64,000 nucleotides of DNA from an uncultured Spirochaetota bacterium (GCA_963827275.1 CAWHAA010000004.1:384001-448000); one strand, 5' to 3'; positions 41,358 through 52,122 are shown, numbered from the stretch's first letter. A program made the numbers and translations. Notes: generated by a model from the sequence alone, not told the origin.

Positions 41358-41480
41358 AATGGTCCCTCTCGCATGGAATGTCATGACGCGTCCGGAATGG
41401 CACGTCTATATAAATATCGGACATAACGATGAGTTTTTCAAGTAAAGTTTTCAGAATTTCTGACCTGCGGATGTTTAGTA

Positions 41481-41651
41481 CCGATAACTATCGGCCCGGA
41501 ATCGGGCCGTACAAGGGTCAGGGGGGCCTTGTCCGGCCCCTGGTATCAAAAATTTCCCATCCTCGCGACGCCGGGCCTCCTGCATGGCGGCTGGTTGTAA
41601 GCCCCGCGGAGTTACCGATAACTATCGGCTGGAAGTTACTCTGACCCCCGG
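41481..41651. repeat. REP-like cluster in reverse orientation (2x CCGATAACTATCGG + TTACTCTGACCCCCGG) enclosing a GC-rich hairpin element
   Basis: Reverse complements of the 18138/30594 motifs at 41481, 41615 and 41636. Confidence 0.85.
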
Positions 41652-41800
41652 CGTTGTGTCCTTTTAAATGGCGGGAATAAATGCATACTCTGATCGTGAA
41701 ATAATGCAACTATACGCAATGAAATCTGTCTATTCACATGGGACTATCTGCATGTACAATAAGTATTGCAGGCATACCATGTTCAGCGGAGAGTGAATTC

Positions 41801-42412
41801 ATGCATTATACAATCTTCAATATGCCGATTATAAAAAATATATTTTGGGGAATTTCAATTTTATTAATGAATCTGCTGGGATGGAAGAAAAGCGGCTCTC
41901 TGCCTGATATACCGCAATATGTCCTTATCGTCGCACCTCACACATCAAACTGGGACCTGTTCTACGGCATCATCATTGCGTTCTCCATGAAACTGGATGT
42001 ATGCTTTATGGCTAAAAAGGAGCTGTTCCGGCGGCCCTTCGGCCCAGTCATGAAATGGCTGGGCGGCATACCCATCGAACGATCGGTCTCGGATCACACT
42101 GTTGATCTGGTGACACGCACATTCCGTGAGAGCGGAAGGCTTGTTCTCGCCATAGCTCCAGAAGGCACGCGTTCGAGAGTAACGTCCTGGAAAACGGGCT
42201 TCTATCATATCGCGACAGGCGCCGGTGTCCCCATCCAGCTCGGTTTTCTCGATTATTCGAGCAAGACGGGCGGCACGGGCCCTCTCATTGTGCCAACGGG
42301 GGATTTCGAAAAGGATATGAAGATCATACGTGAGTTCTACCATAACGTGAAGGGAAGATCCGCTGACAAGGCCGGCCCCGTTTCAGTTACGAACCACGGC
42401 ATCGTCTCCTGA
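41801..42412 (+). CDS. Lysophospholipid acyltransferase (PlsC family)
   Basis: APHTSNWD, KKELF, APEGTR, WKTGFY. Confidence 0.9.
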   Translation: MHYTIFNMPIIKNIFWGISILLMNLLGWKKSGSLPDIPQYVLIVAPHTSNWDLFYGIIIAFSMKLDVCFMAKKELFRRPFGPVMKWLGGIPIERSVSDHTVDLVTRTFRESGRLVLAIAPEGTRSRVTSWKTGFYHIATGAGVPIQLGFLDYSSKTGGTGPLIVPTGDFEKDMKIIREFYHNVKGRSADKAGPVSVTNHGIVS

Positions 42413-42587
42413 ATGTAAGCCCCCCGTCCCGCGCTTTTTGTGTTAAAGATGCGTTGCGTTGCCCGATGCCGGGGTCCATTGTGTCCATCGACCGATACTG
42501 AACAGATCGCACTTAACTATATATTAACCTCTTGACAAACTACCAGCCCGCACTATTTTCTTTGCCGTATATGAATGTGAAGAGACG

Positions 42588-43367
42588 ATGAAGATGAAAA
42601 TCGCAACATTTAACGCCAATTCAATCCGTGCCCGCCTGCCTGTGCTGGAGCGCTGGCTTTCCACTGTGCGCCCCGATGTGCTCTGTCTCCAGGAGACCAA
42701 GGTCGTGGACGACGACTTCCCGGTTTCGGAAATCGAGGCCCTCGGCTACCGCGCGGTGTTCCGCGGGGAGAAGTCGTACAACGGGGTCGCGGTACTCAGC
42801 CTGCATGAGTTCGAACAGGTGTCGCGCGGCTTCGACGGTGAGGGCGCGGACGAGGGGACGCGGCTGATAGCGGTCCGCGTGAAGGGCGTCGATATCGTCA
42901 ACACCTATGTCCCGCAGGGGACCGCTCCCGATTCGGACAGGTTCCGGTACAAGCTCGAGTGGTTCGGCCGCCTGAAAGAATATTTCAGCCGGCGGTACGG
43001 GACCCGTGACCGGCTTATCTGGGCGGGCGATTTAAACGTCGCGCCCGAGCCGATGGATGTGCACGACCCGAAGCGCCTCCTGGGCCATGTGGGGTTCCAT
43101 CCGGACGAGCACCGCGCCCTGGCCGCGGTGAAGGAGTGGGGGTTTGTCGATATTTTCCGGAAGCACCGGCCCGGCCCGGGCGAGTTTTCGTTCTGGGACT
43201 ACCGTGTCAGGGACAGCGTGGCGCGCGGACTCGGGTGGCGCGTTGACCATATATGGGGCACGGAGACCATGGCGGCCCTTTCCACCGGCGCCCTGATAGA
43301 CCGGGAGCCGCGGCAGTGGGAACGGCCGTCCGACCATACACCGGTAGTGGCGGAATTTTCATTATGA
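42588..43367 (+). CDS. xth: Exodeoxyribonuclease III
   Basis: ATFNANS, CLQETK, YNGVA, GDLNVAP, RVDH, PSDHTP. Confidence 0.95.
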   Translation: MKMKIATFNANSIRARLPVLERWLSTVRPDVLCLQETKVVDDDFPVSEIEALGYRAVFRGEKSYNGVAVLSLHEFEQVSRGFDGEGADEGTRLIAVRVKGVDIVNTYVPQGTAPDSDRFRYKLEWFGRLKEYFSRRYGTRDRLIWAGDLNVAPEPMDVHDPKRLLGHVGFHPDEHRALAAVKEWGFVDIFRKHRPGPGEFSFWDYRVRDSVARGLGWRVDHIWGTETMAALSTGALIDREPRQWERPSDHTPVVAEFSL

Positions 43368-44017
43368 AAAGGGCCCGCCGGCACATGGCAGGGAGAGGAA
43401 CGATAGTGCCGTGCCTCCTCCTTGCGGCCGCGTTGCTCCAGGCCGTCCCGGTCGCGGCAGAACCGGACGGTACCCGGATTCAGGCGCCGCGGGAGCCGTC
43501 TGACCCGGCGGTGGATGCGGGAGGGAAAAGAAGTTCCGCCGCGGAGGCCGATGTTACGGCAACCGTGATCACCGCGAAGGGAGAGCCGATGACCGGTTCG
43601 CTCCTGCTTCCGTTCGACACAATAGAGGCGGAGACGGCGGAAAAGGGGCCGGAAGGGAAAAAGTCGTTTCCCCTCGCGTCGATCAAAACGCTGGAATTCA
43701 CGCGATGGCGCGGCACGCTCCGGCGTAAGAATGAATACGCGTTCTATCCCATACTGGTGAAGATCACCCTCAGGGACGGGAAGGCATATCAATGCTCGCG
43801 CGTCACCCCGGCCCTGAACAGGCTCCTTTTTAAGGATTACCGGGGGAGACGCGTTCTGTATGCGTATTTTTTCGATTACCGCGACGGGAAGAAATGGAAA
43901 AACTCGGGTGAGGCCGACATGGCGTACCCGGACACGAGCCCTGCCGCCGGCACGGTGGTGCGGATTGAATTTGCGGCTGCCGGGATGAAGGGACCTCTGG
44001 ATTGGCTGTTTAAATAA
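43364..44017 (+). CDS. Hypothetical exported protein
   Basis: Signal-like N-terminus; ATGA overlap with xth. Confidence 0.55.
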   Translation: MKRARRHMAGRGTIVPCLLLAAALLQAVPVAAEPDGTRIQAPREPSDPAVDAGGKRSSAAEADVTATVITAKGEPMTGSLLLPFDTIEAETAEKGPEGKKSFPLASIKTLEFTRWRGTLRRKNEYAFYPILVKITLRDGKAYQCSRVTPALNRLLFKDYRGRRVLYAYFFDYRDGKKWKNSGEADMAYPDTSPAAGTVVRIEFAAAGMKGPLDWLFK

Positions 44018-44036
44018 AAGAAATATTATTGTTAAT

Positions 44037-44271
44037 GCAGGGAATTGTCCCGCTCGCCCGCCTCGTACGCCTCGACAAGCTCGGCAGCCGTCAGGCTTTA
44101 ATCATCCAAAAAGGCTTAACGGTTGGTGAGCCCTTCGGCTTCGCTCAGGACAAGCCTGACGAGCCACGGCGTAATTGGCGATAGATGGCAGGATGCCTAC
44201 ATGCATGCCGCGACAGGATGTCGCAAAAAGGCATGCCCTCCTGTCGCCTTCTCGCCGGGACAACTCCCTGC
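44037..44271. repeat. Long palindromic MITE/REPIN-like element (copy B, expanded)
   Basis: Arms GCAGGGAATTGTCCCG / CGGGACAACTCCCTGC; inner ends shared with 4766-4869; nested hairpins GGCAGGATGCC and GCGACAGGATGTCGC. Confidence 0.7.
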
Positions 44272-44374
44272 CGGACTTGATCATAGCTGCTTTAATAGTA
44301 GCCAAATACATGCAAAAACATCTTGACAAAAACCGTCTCTATAAATTTATGTAATAAAGTTTCCAGGACGCCGT

Positions 44375-44611
44375 ATGACCTTTGAAAGAAACAATCTCGG
44401 ATACCTGCTCACCTTCATGCTGGTGGGCGCGGTACTCGGCTCGGCGCTGGGGACCCTGATTGCGGGGTATGTTCCCGCCCTGTCGGTCATCCAGAAGAGC
44501 CTGACCGGCCCCATAGGGTTTAACCTCGAGATCATCAGTTTGCATATCAGGATAAACCTTTCGTCGATCGTCGGCCTGGTCATCGGGGCGGTGATCTTCA
44601 GAAGGATTTAG
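44375..44611 (+). CDS. DUF4321-like small membrane protein
   Basis: GAVLGSALG..; I.F.L....INL..IVG; 78 aa. Confidence 0.65.
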   Translation: MTFERNNLGYLLTFMLVGAVLGSALGTLIAGYVPALSVIQKSLTGPIGFNLEIISLHIRINLSSIVGLVIGAVIFRRI

Positions 44612-44764
44612 GCCGCACCCGCGGCTATCAAGCAGCGTCACGGACCGGGGTCCGCGGCGCGAAGTATAAATCGGCGAATGCCGGTTGCCTCCTTCCATCG
44701 TGAAAAGGCAATTGCATATCGGAGCGTATTTTGCGGGAGCGCCGCGTGGCGCGACTGCTTATCA

Positions 44765-44856
44765 TATTTCAACTTCTGCGCGCATGTCCGCGCGCGGCGT
44801 TGAAGGATAGATACAGATCCTCTCCTGCCCTGCGGGGGAGGTGAAACCATTTAACA
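44765..44856 (+). promoter_or_regulatory. Putative rpsB (S2) autoregulatory leader
   Basis: Hairpins plus GGAGGTGAAACC upstream of rpsB, reminiscent of S2 leaders. Confidence 0.4.
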
Positions 44857-44876
44857 CAAGAGAGGGGGTACTATCA

Positions 44877-45698
44877 GTGTCAGTAGTATCGATGAAAGCA
44901 TTACTGGAATCGGGTGTTCATTTCGGCCATCAAACGAGGCGCTGGAATCCCAAGATGTCGCAGTTTATATTTACTGCGAGGAACGGAATCCACATTATTG
45001 ATCTGCAGAAAACCATGCAGCGCATCAAGATCGCCTACGCGGCCATGAAAGACGTGGCGGAGAAGGGCGGCAAGGTGCTGTTCGTGGGCACGAAGAAACA
45101 GGCGCAGGCCGCGATCGGGGAATATGCCCAAAAATGCAACATGTTCTATGTGTCCGAACGGTGGCTGGGCGGGCTCCTTACCAACTTCAAGACGGTGAGC
45201 CATTCGATCAAGCGGCTCAAGGACCTGGAAAAGATGCGGGACACCGACCACTGGGAAGCGGAGACGAAGAAGGAACGGCTCGACCTGAACCGCGAACTCG
45301 AGAAGAAGAACAAGGTGCTCTCGGGCATCAAGGATATGACGAAGATGCCGGACGCCCTTTTCATCATCGATCCCAAGCGCGAATCGATCGCGGTGCAGGA
45401 AGCGCGGAAGATGGGGATCCCCATCTTTGCGGTCGTCGATACCAACTGCAATCCCGATGAGATAGATTTCCCGATCCCCGGCAACGATGACGCCATCCGG
45501 GCAATCGCGCTCTTCCTGGACGTTATGGCGCGGGCGGTCCTTGAGGGCCAGTCAGGCGGCATGGTCGAGGACGTGGCGGAAGCCGCCCCGGAGGGCGCCG
45601 CCGAGGAAGGAGCGGAGCCCGGAGCGGCCGCAGAAACACCGGCGGAAGGGTCGTCCACGGAAGTATACGAAGAAGACGACGAACTGTATGAGCCGTAG
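44877..45698 (+). CDS. rpsB: 30S ribosomal protein S2
   Basis: [36 protein letters not shown]. Confidence 0.98.
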   Translation: MSVVSMKALLESGVHFGHQTRRWNPKMSQFIFTARNGIHIIDLQKTMQRIKIAYAAMKDVAEKGGKVLFVGTKKQAQAAIGEYAQKCNMFYVSERWLGGLLTNFKTVSHSIKRLKDLEKMRDTDHWEAETKKERLDLNRELEKKNKVLSGIKDMTKMPDALFIIDPKRESIAVQEARKMGIPIFAVVDTNCNPDEIDFPIPGNDDAIRAIALFLDVMARAVLEGQSGGMVEDVAEAAPEGAAEEGAEPGAAAETPAEGSSTEVYEEDDELYEP

Positions 45699-45812
45699 GA
45701 CCGCGGCTGCGGCATGTTAACTACTGCATAATCACGGCCCGGCGCCGCGCGGCACATTCAGCGTGCCCCCGGCGGACCGGTCTGTTATGAATCATTCTAA
45801 AGGAGCTATGAC

Positions 45813-46409
45813 GTGGCAGAAATAACGAGCGATATGATAAAAGAGTTACGGGAGAAGACACAGGCCGGGATGCTGGACTGCAAGAAGGCCCTCGTCGAAA
45901 TGAACGGCGACATGGACAAGGCAGTCGAGTTTCTCAGGAAAAAAGGGCTCGCGTCCGCAGACAAGAAGATGGGGCGGCAGGTGACGCAGGGGATCGTGGC
46001 GTCCTACGTGCACTCCAACAAGAAGATCGGCGTCCTGGTCGAGCTTTTGACCGTAACCGACTTCGTGGCGCGCAACGAGGCCTTCGAAGAACTGGGCAAG
46101 GAGCTGTGCATGCAGGTAGCGGCGGCAAGCCCGCTCTATATCAAGATCGAGGACGTGCCCAAAGATGTAATCGACAAGGAACGGGAAATATACCGGGAGC
46201 AGATGAAGGACTCCGGCAAGCCGGCCAACGTGATCGAGAAGATCGTTGACGGCAAGCTCAACAAGTTTTATACCGACGTGTGCCTCCTGGAGCAGGAATT
46301 CATCAAGGATTCAAGCGTCCGGATCAAGGACCTGATCAAGCAGAAGATCGCCACGTTCGGCGAGAATATCGAAGTGGGAAGGTTTGTCCGTTACCAGATA
46401 GGCGGGTAG
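45813..46409 (+). CDS. tsf: Elongation factor Ts (short form)
   Basis: KELREKTQAGMLDCKKAL, TDFVA. Confidence 0.97.
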   Translation: MAEITSDMIKELREKTQAGMLDCKKALVEMNGDMDKAVEFLRKKGLASADKKMGRQVTQGIVASYVHSNKKIGVLVELLTVTDFVARNEAFEELGKELCMQVAAASPLYIKIEDVPKDVIDKEREIYREQMKDSGKPANVIEKIVDGKLNKFYTDVCLLEQEFIKDSSVRIKDLIKQKIATFGENIEVGRFVRYQIGG

Positions 46410-46410
46410 C

Positions 46411-47142
46411 ATGAAGCCCAAGGAACCGACATCAGGGCCCGGGTACCGCCGCGTTTTGCTGAAGCTCTCCGGCGAGGCGCTCGCCGGAGACGCCAAGACC
46501 GGCATCAATGCCGCGATACTCTCCGGGATCGCCGATGAGATACGCGAAGTCCGGGAGATGGGCGTTGAGGTCGCGGTGGTCATCGGGGCGGGGAACATCT
46601 TCCGCGGCAACATCGCCGAGAGCCTCGGCATCAGGCGCGTCACCGGCGACCACATGGGCATGCTCGCCACGGTGATGAATTCCCTGGCCCTCCAGAACGC
46701 GCTTGAAGCGATCGGGGTGCAGGCCAGGGTCATGTGCTCCTTCTCCATGAAGGAGATCGCGGAGCCGTACATCATCAGGAAGGCGCTGGACCACCTGGAC
46801 CACGGGCGCGTGGTGATCGCCGCGGGCGGCACGGGCCATCCCTTCTTCACCACCGACACCGCGGCGGGCCTTCGCGCGGTCGAACTTGACGCACAGGTGC
46901 TTCTCAAGGCCACCAGGGTCGACGGCGTGTATACCGGCGACCCGGAAAAGGACCCCGCCGCGAAAAAAATTGACGCCATATCGTATATCGACGTGCTGAA
47001 GGGACGGCTCCGCATAATGGACTTCACGGCAGTTTCCCTCTGCATGGACAACAATCTGCCTATCATCGTTTTTAACCTGTTCAAGAGGGGCTCGCTGAAG
47101 GAGATTGTCACGGGCGGCCCGGTCGGCACAATTATTTCCTGA
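46411..47142 (+). CDS. pyrH: UMP kinase
   Basis: LLKLSGEAL, GNIFRG, DHMGMLAT, PFFTTD. Confidence 0.97.
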   Translation: MKPKEPTSGPGYRRVLLKLSGEALAGDAKTGINAAILSGIADEIREVREMGVEVAVVIGAGNIFRGNIAESLGIRRVTGDHMGMLATVMNSLALQNALEAIGVQARVMCSFSMKEIAEPYIIRKALDHLDHGRVVIAAGGTGHPFFTTDTAAGLRAVELDAQVLLKATRVDGVYTGDPEKDPAAKKIDAISYIDVLKGRLRIMDFTAVSLCMDNNLPIIVFNLFKRGSLKEIVTGGPVGTIIS

Positions 47143-47154
47143 GGGATAGAAATC

Positions 47155-47712
47155 ATGACAGAAGATATCATCAGCGATGTAGAAGACCGCATGAAGAAGA
47201 GCATCACCGCGCTGCAGAAAGACTTTGCGGCGATACGCACCGGGAGAGCGAACCCCGCCATGTTCGACGGCGTCAGGGTGAGCGTGTACGGCACCGAGAT
47301 GCCCCTGAACCAGGTGGCCACGGTCTCCTGCCCGGAGCCGCGCCTGGTGGTGATCCAGCCGTGGGACAAGGGCAACCTGGGCGAGGTGGAGAAGGCCATC
47401 CTCAAGTCGGACCTCTCGGTCAATCCCTCCAACGACGGGAACCTGATCCGCATACAGATCCCGGACCTCACCGAGGAGCGCCGGAAGGAGTACGTGAAGC
47501 ACGCCCGCCACAAGGCAGAGGAGTGCAGGGTCGCCGTCCGGAATGTCCGCCGGGACGGCAATGACATGATCAAGGAGCTGGAAAAGGAGAAGGACATTTC
47601 TGAAGACGAATCCAAGAACGCGCTTGCCAGGATACAGAAAATCACCGACAAATATATCGATGATATCCAGAAGATGACGGACAACAAGGAAAAAGAGATT
47701 CTCAATATATAG
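47155..47712 (+). CDS. frr: Ribosome recycling factor
   Basis: IRTGRANP, LTEERRKE, VRNVRRD. Confidence 0.97.
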   Translation: MTEDIISDVEDRMKKSITALQKDFAAIRTGRANPAMFDGVRVSVYGTEMPLNQVATVSCPEPRLVVIQPWDKGNLGEVEKAILKSDLSVNPSNDGNLIRIQIPDLTEERRKEYVKHARHKAEECRVAVRNVRRDGNDMIKELEKEKDISEDESKNALARIQKITDKYIDDIQKMTDNKEKEILNI

Positions 47713-47732
47713 CGCAGCCGCATTCACCCATA

Positions 47733-48449
47733 ATGAAAGACTACAGCCGCCTTATCGAGAGGAAAAATATACCGTCGCATATCGCGATAATCATGGACGG
47801 CAACGGAAGGTGGGCGAAAAAAAAGTCCCTGCCCCGCTCGGAAGGCCACCGGCGCGGGTCGGAGATAATCGAGCCGCTCATGGACGCGGCCATCGACATG
47901 GGCATCAAGGCCGTTTCCCTCTACGCGTTTTCCACCGAGAACTGGATCCGTCCCAAGACCGAGATCCTGGGCCTGTGGAAGCTCCTCGATTATTTTTTCA
48001 ATGTGAAAATCGAATCGATAAAGGCGAAGGGGATCAGGGTCATGCACTCCGGCTTCATCGACCGGCTCCCCGGCGCATCGAAGCGGAATATCCAGAACGC
48101 CATCGACGCCACCAGTGACAACAAAAAGCTTGTGCTCAATTTCTGCCTGAACTACGGCGGCCGCCAGGACATCGTCAATGCGGTGAACGACTGGGCCCGG
48201 GGGCGCGGCCCGCGGGAGCGGGCCAGCGCAAAGGACATTGAGAAGCGCCTCCTGACCGCCGGGCTGCCGGAGGTCGACCTCCTGATACGCACCGGCGGCG
48301 AGTGCCGCATCAGCAATTTTCTGATATGGCAGATCGCGTACGCCGAACTCGTCTTCATGGACGTCCTGTGGCCCGATTTCAGGCCGCGTCATCTATATAA
48401 AGCGGTGTATGAATACCAGCAGAGGGAGAGGAGGTTCGGCGGACTATGA
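47733..48449 (+). CDS. uppS: Undecaprenyl diphosphate synthase
   Basis: HIAIIMDGNGRWA, YAFSTENW, RTGGE.RISNF. Confidence 0.97.
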   Translation: MKDYSRLIERKNIPSHIAIIMDGNGRWAKKKSLPRSEGHRRGSEIIEPLMDAAIDMGIKAVSLYAFSTENWIRPKTEILGLWKLLDYFFNVKIESIKAKGIRVMHSGFIDRLPGASKRNIQNAIDATSDNKKLVLNFCLNYGGRQDIVNAVNDWARGRGPRERASAKDIEKRLLTAGLPEVDLLIRTGGECRISNFLIWQIAYAELVFMDVLWPDFRPRHLYKAVYEYQQRERRFGGL

Positions 48450-49333
48450 GTGATGTTAAGAAAAATATCCTTACCAGGGTGCTGATGGCGGTCGTGGCGC
48501 TCCCGGTCTATGTCTTCACGATCGTCACCGACATGGCGCAGTCGACGCCGATCCTGGCCTGCTCGCTCATCGTCACCCTGGCGTGCCTGTATGAATATTA
48601 CCAGATCACCGACCGGGGAGGGGATGAACGCGCCTACTTTAAAACCGGCATGGCTTTTGCCGTCGCGATCAACGTCATGATGTATTGCTTCGCCTTCGGC
48701 AAATTATACGGGTATGACAAATATCTTGCCGTTTTCGACGCGCGGGCCGTCCTTGCGCTGGTGGCCCTCCTGCTCTCCGTCATCCTGGCGCTCCAGCTTT
48801 TCACGCGGGGCATAAAGGGCGCGTCCTATTCGCTGGGCGTCACGCTCTTCGGGCTGGCATATATCGTGTTTTCATTTTCCCACATCATTTTAATGAAGGC
48901 GCTGACGGACGGCGTCTATTACATCATCATCCTGAACGTCGTGGTCATGCTGAATGACTCCATGGCGCTGTTCGGCGGCGTCCTGTTCGGGAAGCACAAG
49001 ACCGGCTTCCCGGTGTCGCCGAACAAGTCGTGGGAGGGGTATTTCTCGGGGCTCCTCTTCAGTATCCTGGCGATGGTCATCACGAACCAGGTGTATATCT
49101 CTTTTTTTGATACGCGCCTGTTCGGCATGCTTGAATCGGTGTTCCTGGGGATCGCCCTGTCGGTGCTCGGCAACCTGGGCGACCTCGCTGAATCCGCGAT
49201 CAAGCGCGACGGCGCCATAAAGGACTCCGGCTCTATCATTCCGGGACACGGCGGCATGTGGGACGTGTTCGACGCGCTGATCTATACATACCCGCTATTT
49301 TATTATTACCTGGTCCTGAAAGGAGTTGCCTGA
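48446..49333 (+). CDS. cdsA: Phosphatidate cytidylyltransferase
   Basis: SPNKSWEG, GDLAES..KR...KDSG..IPGHGG. Confidence 0.95.
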   Translation: MSDVKKNILTRVLMAVVALPVYVFTIVTDMAQSTPILACSLIVTLACLYEYYQITDRGGDERAYFKTGMAFAVAINVMMYCFAFGKLYGYDKYLAVFDARAVLALVALLLSVILALQLFTRGIKGASYSLGVTLFGLAYIVFSFSHIILMKALTDGVYYIIILNVVVMLNDSMALFGGVLFGKHKTGFPVSPNKSWEGYFSGLLFSILAMVITNQVYISFFDTRLFGMLESVFLGIALSVLGNLGDLAESAIKRDGAIKDSGSIIPGHGGMWDVFDALIYTYPLFYYYLVLKGVA

Positions 49334-49348
49334 TACGATTTCGGGCGT

Positions 49349-50524
49349 ATGAGCAGGACACTGTCAATACTCGGGTCCACCGGATCCATCGGCGTGACCA
49401 CCCTGCGGGTGGCGCGCTTTCTGAACAGGGAGTTCCGCGTCTATGGCCTCGCCTGCGGCGGGAACATACGGCTCCTGGAGGAGCAGATCCGGGAGTTCCG
49501 GCCCGAGGTGGTCGCGGTGGCGTCCCGCGGGGCGGCAGCGACCGGCGAATACCGCGACCTGGTGAAGAAGTTCCCCGGCACGGCGTTCCTCGAGGGAGAG
49601 GACGGGGTGGCGGAGATGGCCGGGCACAGCGTCGATGTCCTGGTCTCCGCCATCGTGGGAGCGGCGGGGCTCAGGCCCACGCTCGCCTCGATCGGCGCGG
49701 CGCGGCGGCTGGCGCTGGCCAACAAGGAGACCCTGGTCATGGCCGGCGACATCGTAAAACGGAGGGTGAGGGAGTCGGGCACGGAGCTCATCCCCGTTGA
49801 CAGCGAGCACAGCGCGGTGTTTTCGCTCACGCGGGGGCTTGCGCCCGGCGAGATCGAGCGCATCATCCTCACCGCCTCCGGGGGCAGCCTGCGCGACGTC
49901 GCGGTCGGCGAGCTGCCGGCAGTGACCCCCGAGCGGGCCCTTGCGCACCCGACGTGGGACATGGGCAGCAAGATCACCATCGATTCGGCCACGCTCATGA
50001 ACAAGGGACTGGAGGTGATCGAGGCGCACCATCTTTTTGACGCGGGGTATGACCGCATCGGCGTCCTGATACACCCCGAGAGCATCGTGCACTCGATGGT
50101 CGAAACGGTCGACGGCGCGATGTACGCGCACATGGGAGTGACCGACATGGTCTTCCCGGTGCTGAACGCGCTCGCCTACCCTGAGAAGCGGCAGAACCCC
50201 TTCGGGAGGCTCAGGCTCGAAGAGGTCGGCAGGCTCACCTTCAGGGAGTGCGACCGGGGCCGTTATCCCGCCCTTGGCCTCTGTGTCGCGGCGGGCCGGC
50301 GCGGCGGCACCTGCCCCGCGGCGCTGAACGCCGCGAACGAGGTCGCCGTGGCGGCCTTCCTTGACGGGACAATATCCTTTACGGACATCGTCAGGGTGGT
50401 GGAGATGACGGTTGAGAAGCATAATGTTGTGGACAGTCCGGACCTTGGCGATATTGTTAACGCGGACAGCGAAGCGCGCGGCAGGGCGGAAATTATAATA
50501 AAAAGTGTAACGAATCGCGGGTAA
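49349..50524 (+). CDS. dxr: 1-deoxy-D-xylulose 5-phosphate reductoisomerase
   Basis: LGSTGSIG, LANKE, PVDSEH, W.MG.KITIDSAT. Confidence 0.97.
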   Translation: MSRTLSILGSTGSIGVTTLRVARFLNREFRVYGLACGGNIRLLEEQIREFRPEVVAVASRGAAATGEYRDLVKKFPGTAFLEGEDGVAEMAGHSVDVLVSAIVGAAGLRPTLASIGAARRLALANKETLVMAGDIVKRRVRESGTELIPVDSEHSAVFSLTRGLAPGEIERIILTASGGSLRDVAVGELPAVTPERALAHPTWDMGSKITIDSATLMNKGLEVIEAHHLFDAGYDRIGVLIHPESIVHSMVETVDGAMYAHMGVTDMVFPVLNALAYPEKRQNPFGRLRLEEVGRLTFRECDRGRYPALGLCVAAGRRGGTCPAALNAANEVAVAAFLDGTISFTDIVRVVEMTVEKHNVVDSPDLGDIVNADSEARGRAEIIIKSVTNRG

Positions 50525-50562
50525 AAAAGTCTCTCTTATTATAGAATCGATGGAGTAATGTA

Positions 50563-52122
50563 ATGCAATATGTGATCTACGTAGCAGCCGGCATCATCCT
50601 TCTCGGCCTCTGCATCTTTGTGCACGAGCTGGGGCATCTCCTTGGCGGCAGGATGGTCGGCATAAAGGCGAAGACCTTTTCGCTCGGCATGGGGAAGGGC
50701 ATCATCAAGAAAAAGATCGGGGACACCACCTACCAGATAGCCCCGTTCCCGTTCGGCGGATACTGCCAGTTCTACGGCGAAGACCCGTCAGAGGAGCGGA
50801 CGGGCCAGGGTTTCGAGTTTCTGTCGGCCCACCCGCTGAAGAGGATCGTGACAGTGGCCATGGGTCCGCTCTTCAACCTCTTCTTCGGGATCATTATCTT
50901 CTTCGTCATGAACCTGGTGGGGTATTCGAAGGACACCAACCAGGTCAACATACCGGAGCAGCTTCAGACCGGCAGGCAGGCTTCCCCGGCCTATGAGGCG
51001 GGCGTCCGCAGCGGCGACCGCATCGTGAAGATCGGCGACGATACGGTCATGAGCTTTTCAGACATACAGGTAGCGGTCATGTTCAGCGAGGGCCGGGCCC
51101 TTGATGTCACGCTTGACCGCGGCGGAAAACAGCTTCAGCTGCCGGTGACCCCGCGGCAGGGGGCGGGCGGCCGCTATGAAATCGGCGTGATGCCCTACGG
51201 ATCGCGCATACTGGTCGTGGAGCTGGTGGAGGGCGGCGCGGCAAAGGCCGCGGGCCTCAGGGAGATGGATGAAATCGTATCTATGGACGGGAACGCCGTC
51301 AGGAGCGAGGCGGAATTCTCCCGCTATATCAATGGCCGCGCCGACAGGCCGGTGAAGTTCAGCATCATGCGGAAGGGCGCCCTCATTGAGAAGGTGATCA
51401 CGCCCGCGCTCAATGACGTCGTCAGGTTCCAGGCTGTAGACAAGAAAGGGAACCGCGGCGAGGCCCTCTCCATCATGAAGTCGAAAAGCCTCCAGAAATA
51501 CCTCGACAAGGGGTCGATCAAAATTAACGGCCGCACGATAACCGGCTACGAGGGGCTCGTGGCCGCGGTCGGTGAAAACGCCGGCAGGCAGATATCGTTC
51601 CAGATCGACAATGAACAGTACACGGGGACCGCGCAGATCGAAAAGGTGGGCCTCATCGGCATCTTCCAGGCCGTGGCGCCGGACCAGGTGCTTATCCGGT
51701 ACGGCGTCGGGGACGCGTTCGTCCAGTCGTTCATCGAACCGTACGAGTTTATTGTCATGAACCTGAAGGGGATCGGCATGCTTTTTACCGGGAAGATGAA
51801 CGTGCGGGAAAACCTTTCGGGCCCCATACGGATCGTGCAGATCGCGGGGCAGGTGGCGTACTACAAGGGCATCCCTGATTTCATCCTGCTCATGGCAAAG
51901 ATATCCATCATCCTGATGGTGATGAACCTGCTGCCCATCCCGGTGGTTGACGGGAGCCATCTGATCTTCTTCACGATAGAATGGATCAGGAAAAAACCGC
52001 TGAGCCAGAAGATCATGGAGCGCATCCAGACCGTGGGGATCGTCCTCCTCGTGATGCTCATGGCCTTTGTCATTATCAATGACATATCCATGCTTCCCTT
52101 CATGCAGAATTTTTTCAAATAG
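50563..52122 (+). CDS. rseP: RIP metalloprotease RseP
   Basis: HELGH, PDZ-like segments, NLLPIPVVDG. Confidence 0.93.
   Translation: MQYVIYVAAGIILLGLCIFVHELGHLLGGRMVGIKAKTFSLGMGKGIIKKKIGDTTYQIAPFPFGGYCQFYGEDPSEERTGQGFEFLSAHPLKRIVTVAMGPLFNLFFGIIIFFVMNLVGYSKDTNQVNIPEQLQTGRQASPAYEAGVRSGDRIVKIGDDTVMSFSDIQVAVMFSEGRALDVTLDRGGKQLQLPVTPRQGAGGRYEIGVMPYGSRILVVELVEGGAAKAAGLREMDEIVSMDGNAVRSEAEFSRYINGRADRPVKFSIMRKGALIEKVITPALNDVVRFQAVDKKGNRGEALSIMKSKSLQKYLDKGSIKINGRTITGYEGLVAAVGENAGRQISFQIDNEQYTGTAQIEKVGLIGIFQAVAPDQVLIRYGVGDAFVQSFIEPYEFIVMNLKGIGMLFTGKMNVRENLSGPIRIVQIAGQVAYYKGIPDFILLMAKISIILMVMNLLPIPVVDGSHLIFFTIEWIRKKPLSQKIMERIQTVGIVLLVMLMAFVIINDISMLPFMQNFFK

Noticed and set aside
41414..41440. Sigma28 promoter (TGAA-N15-TCCGATAT) for the TPR gene, and ACCGATTA at 8-15 before flaA
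   Set aside because: The -35 match is weak or lies outside the window; cannot be supported from sequence alone
44102..44329. Short ORFs on both strands (including the ACPERSRR peptide)
   Set aside because: They are translations of the palindromic repeat element and lack RBS or coding signal
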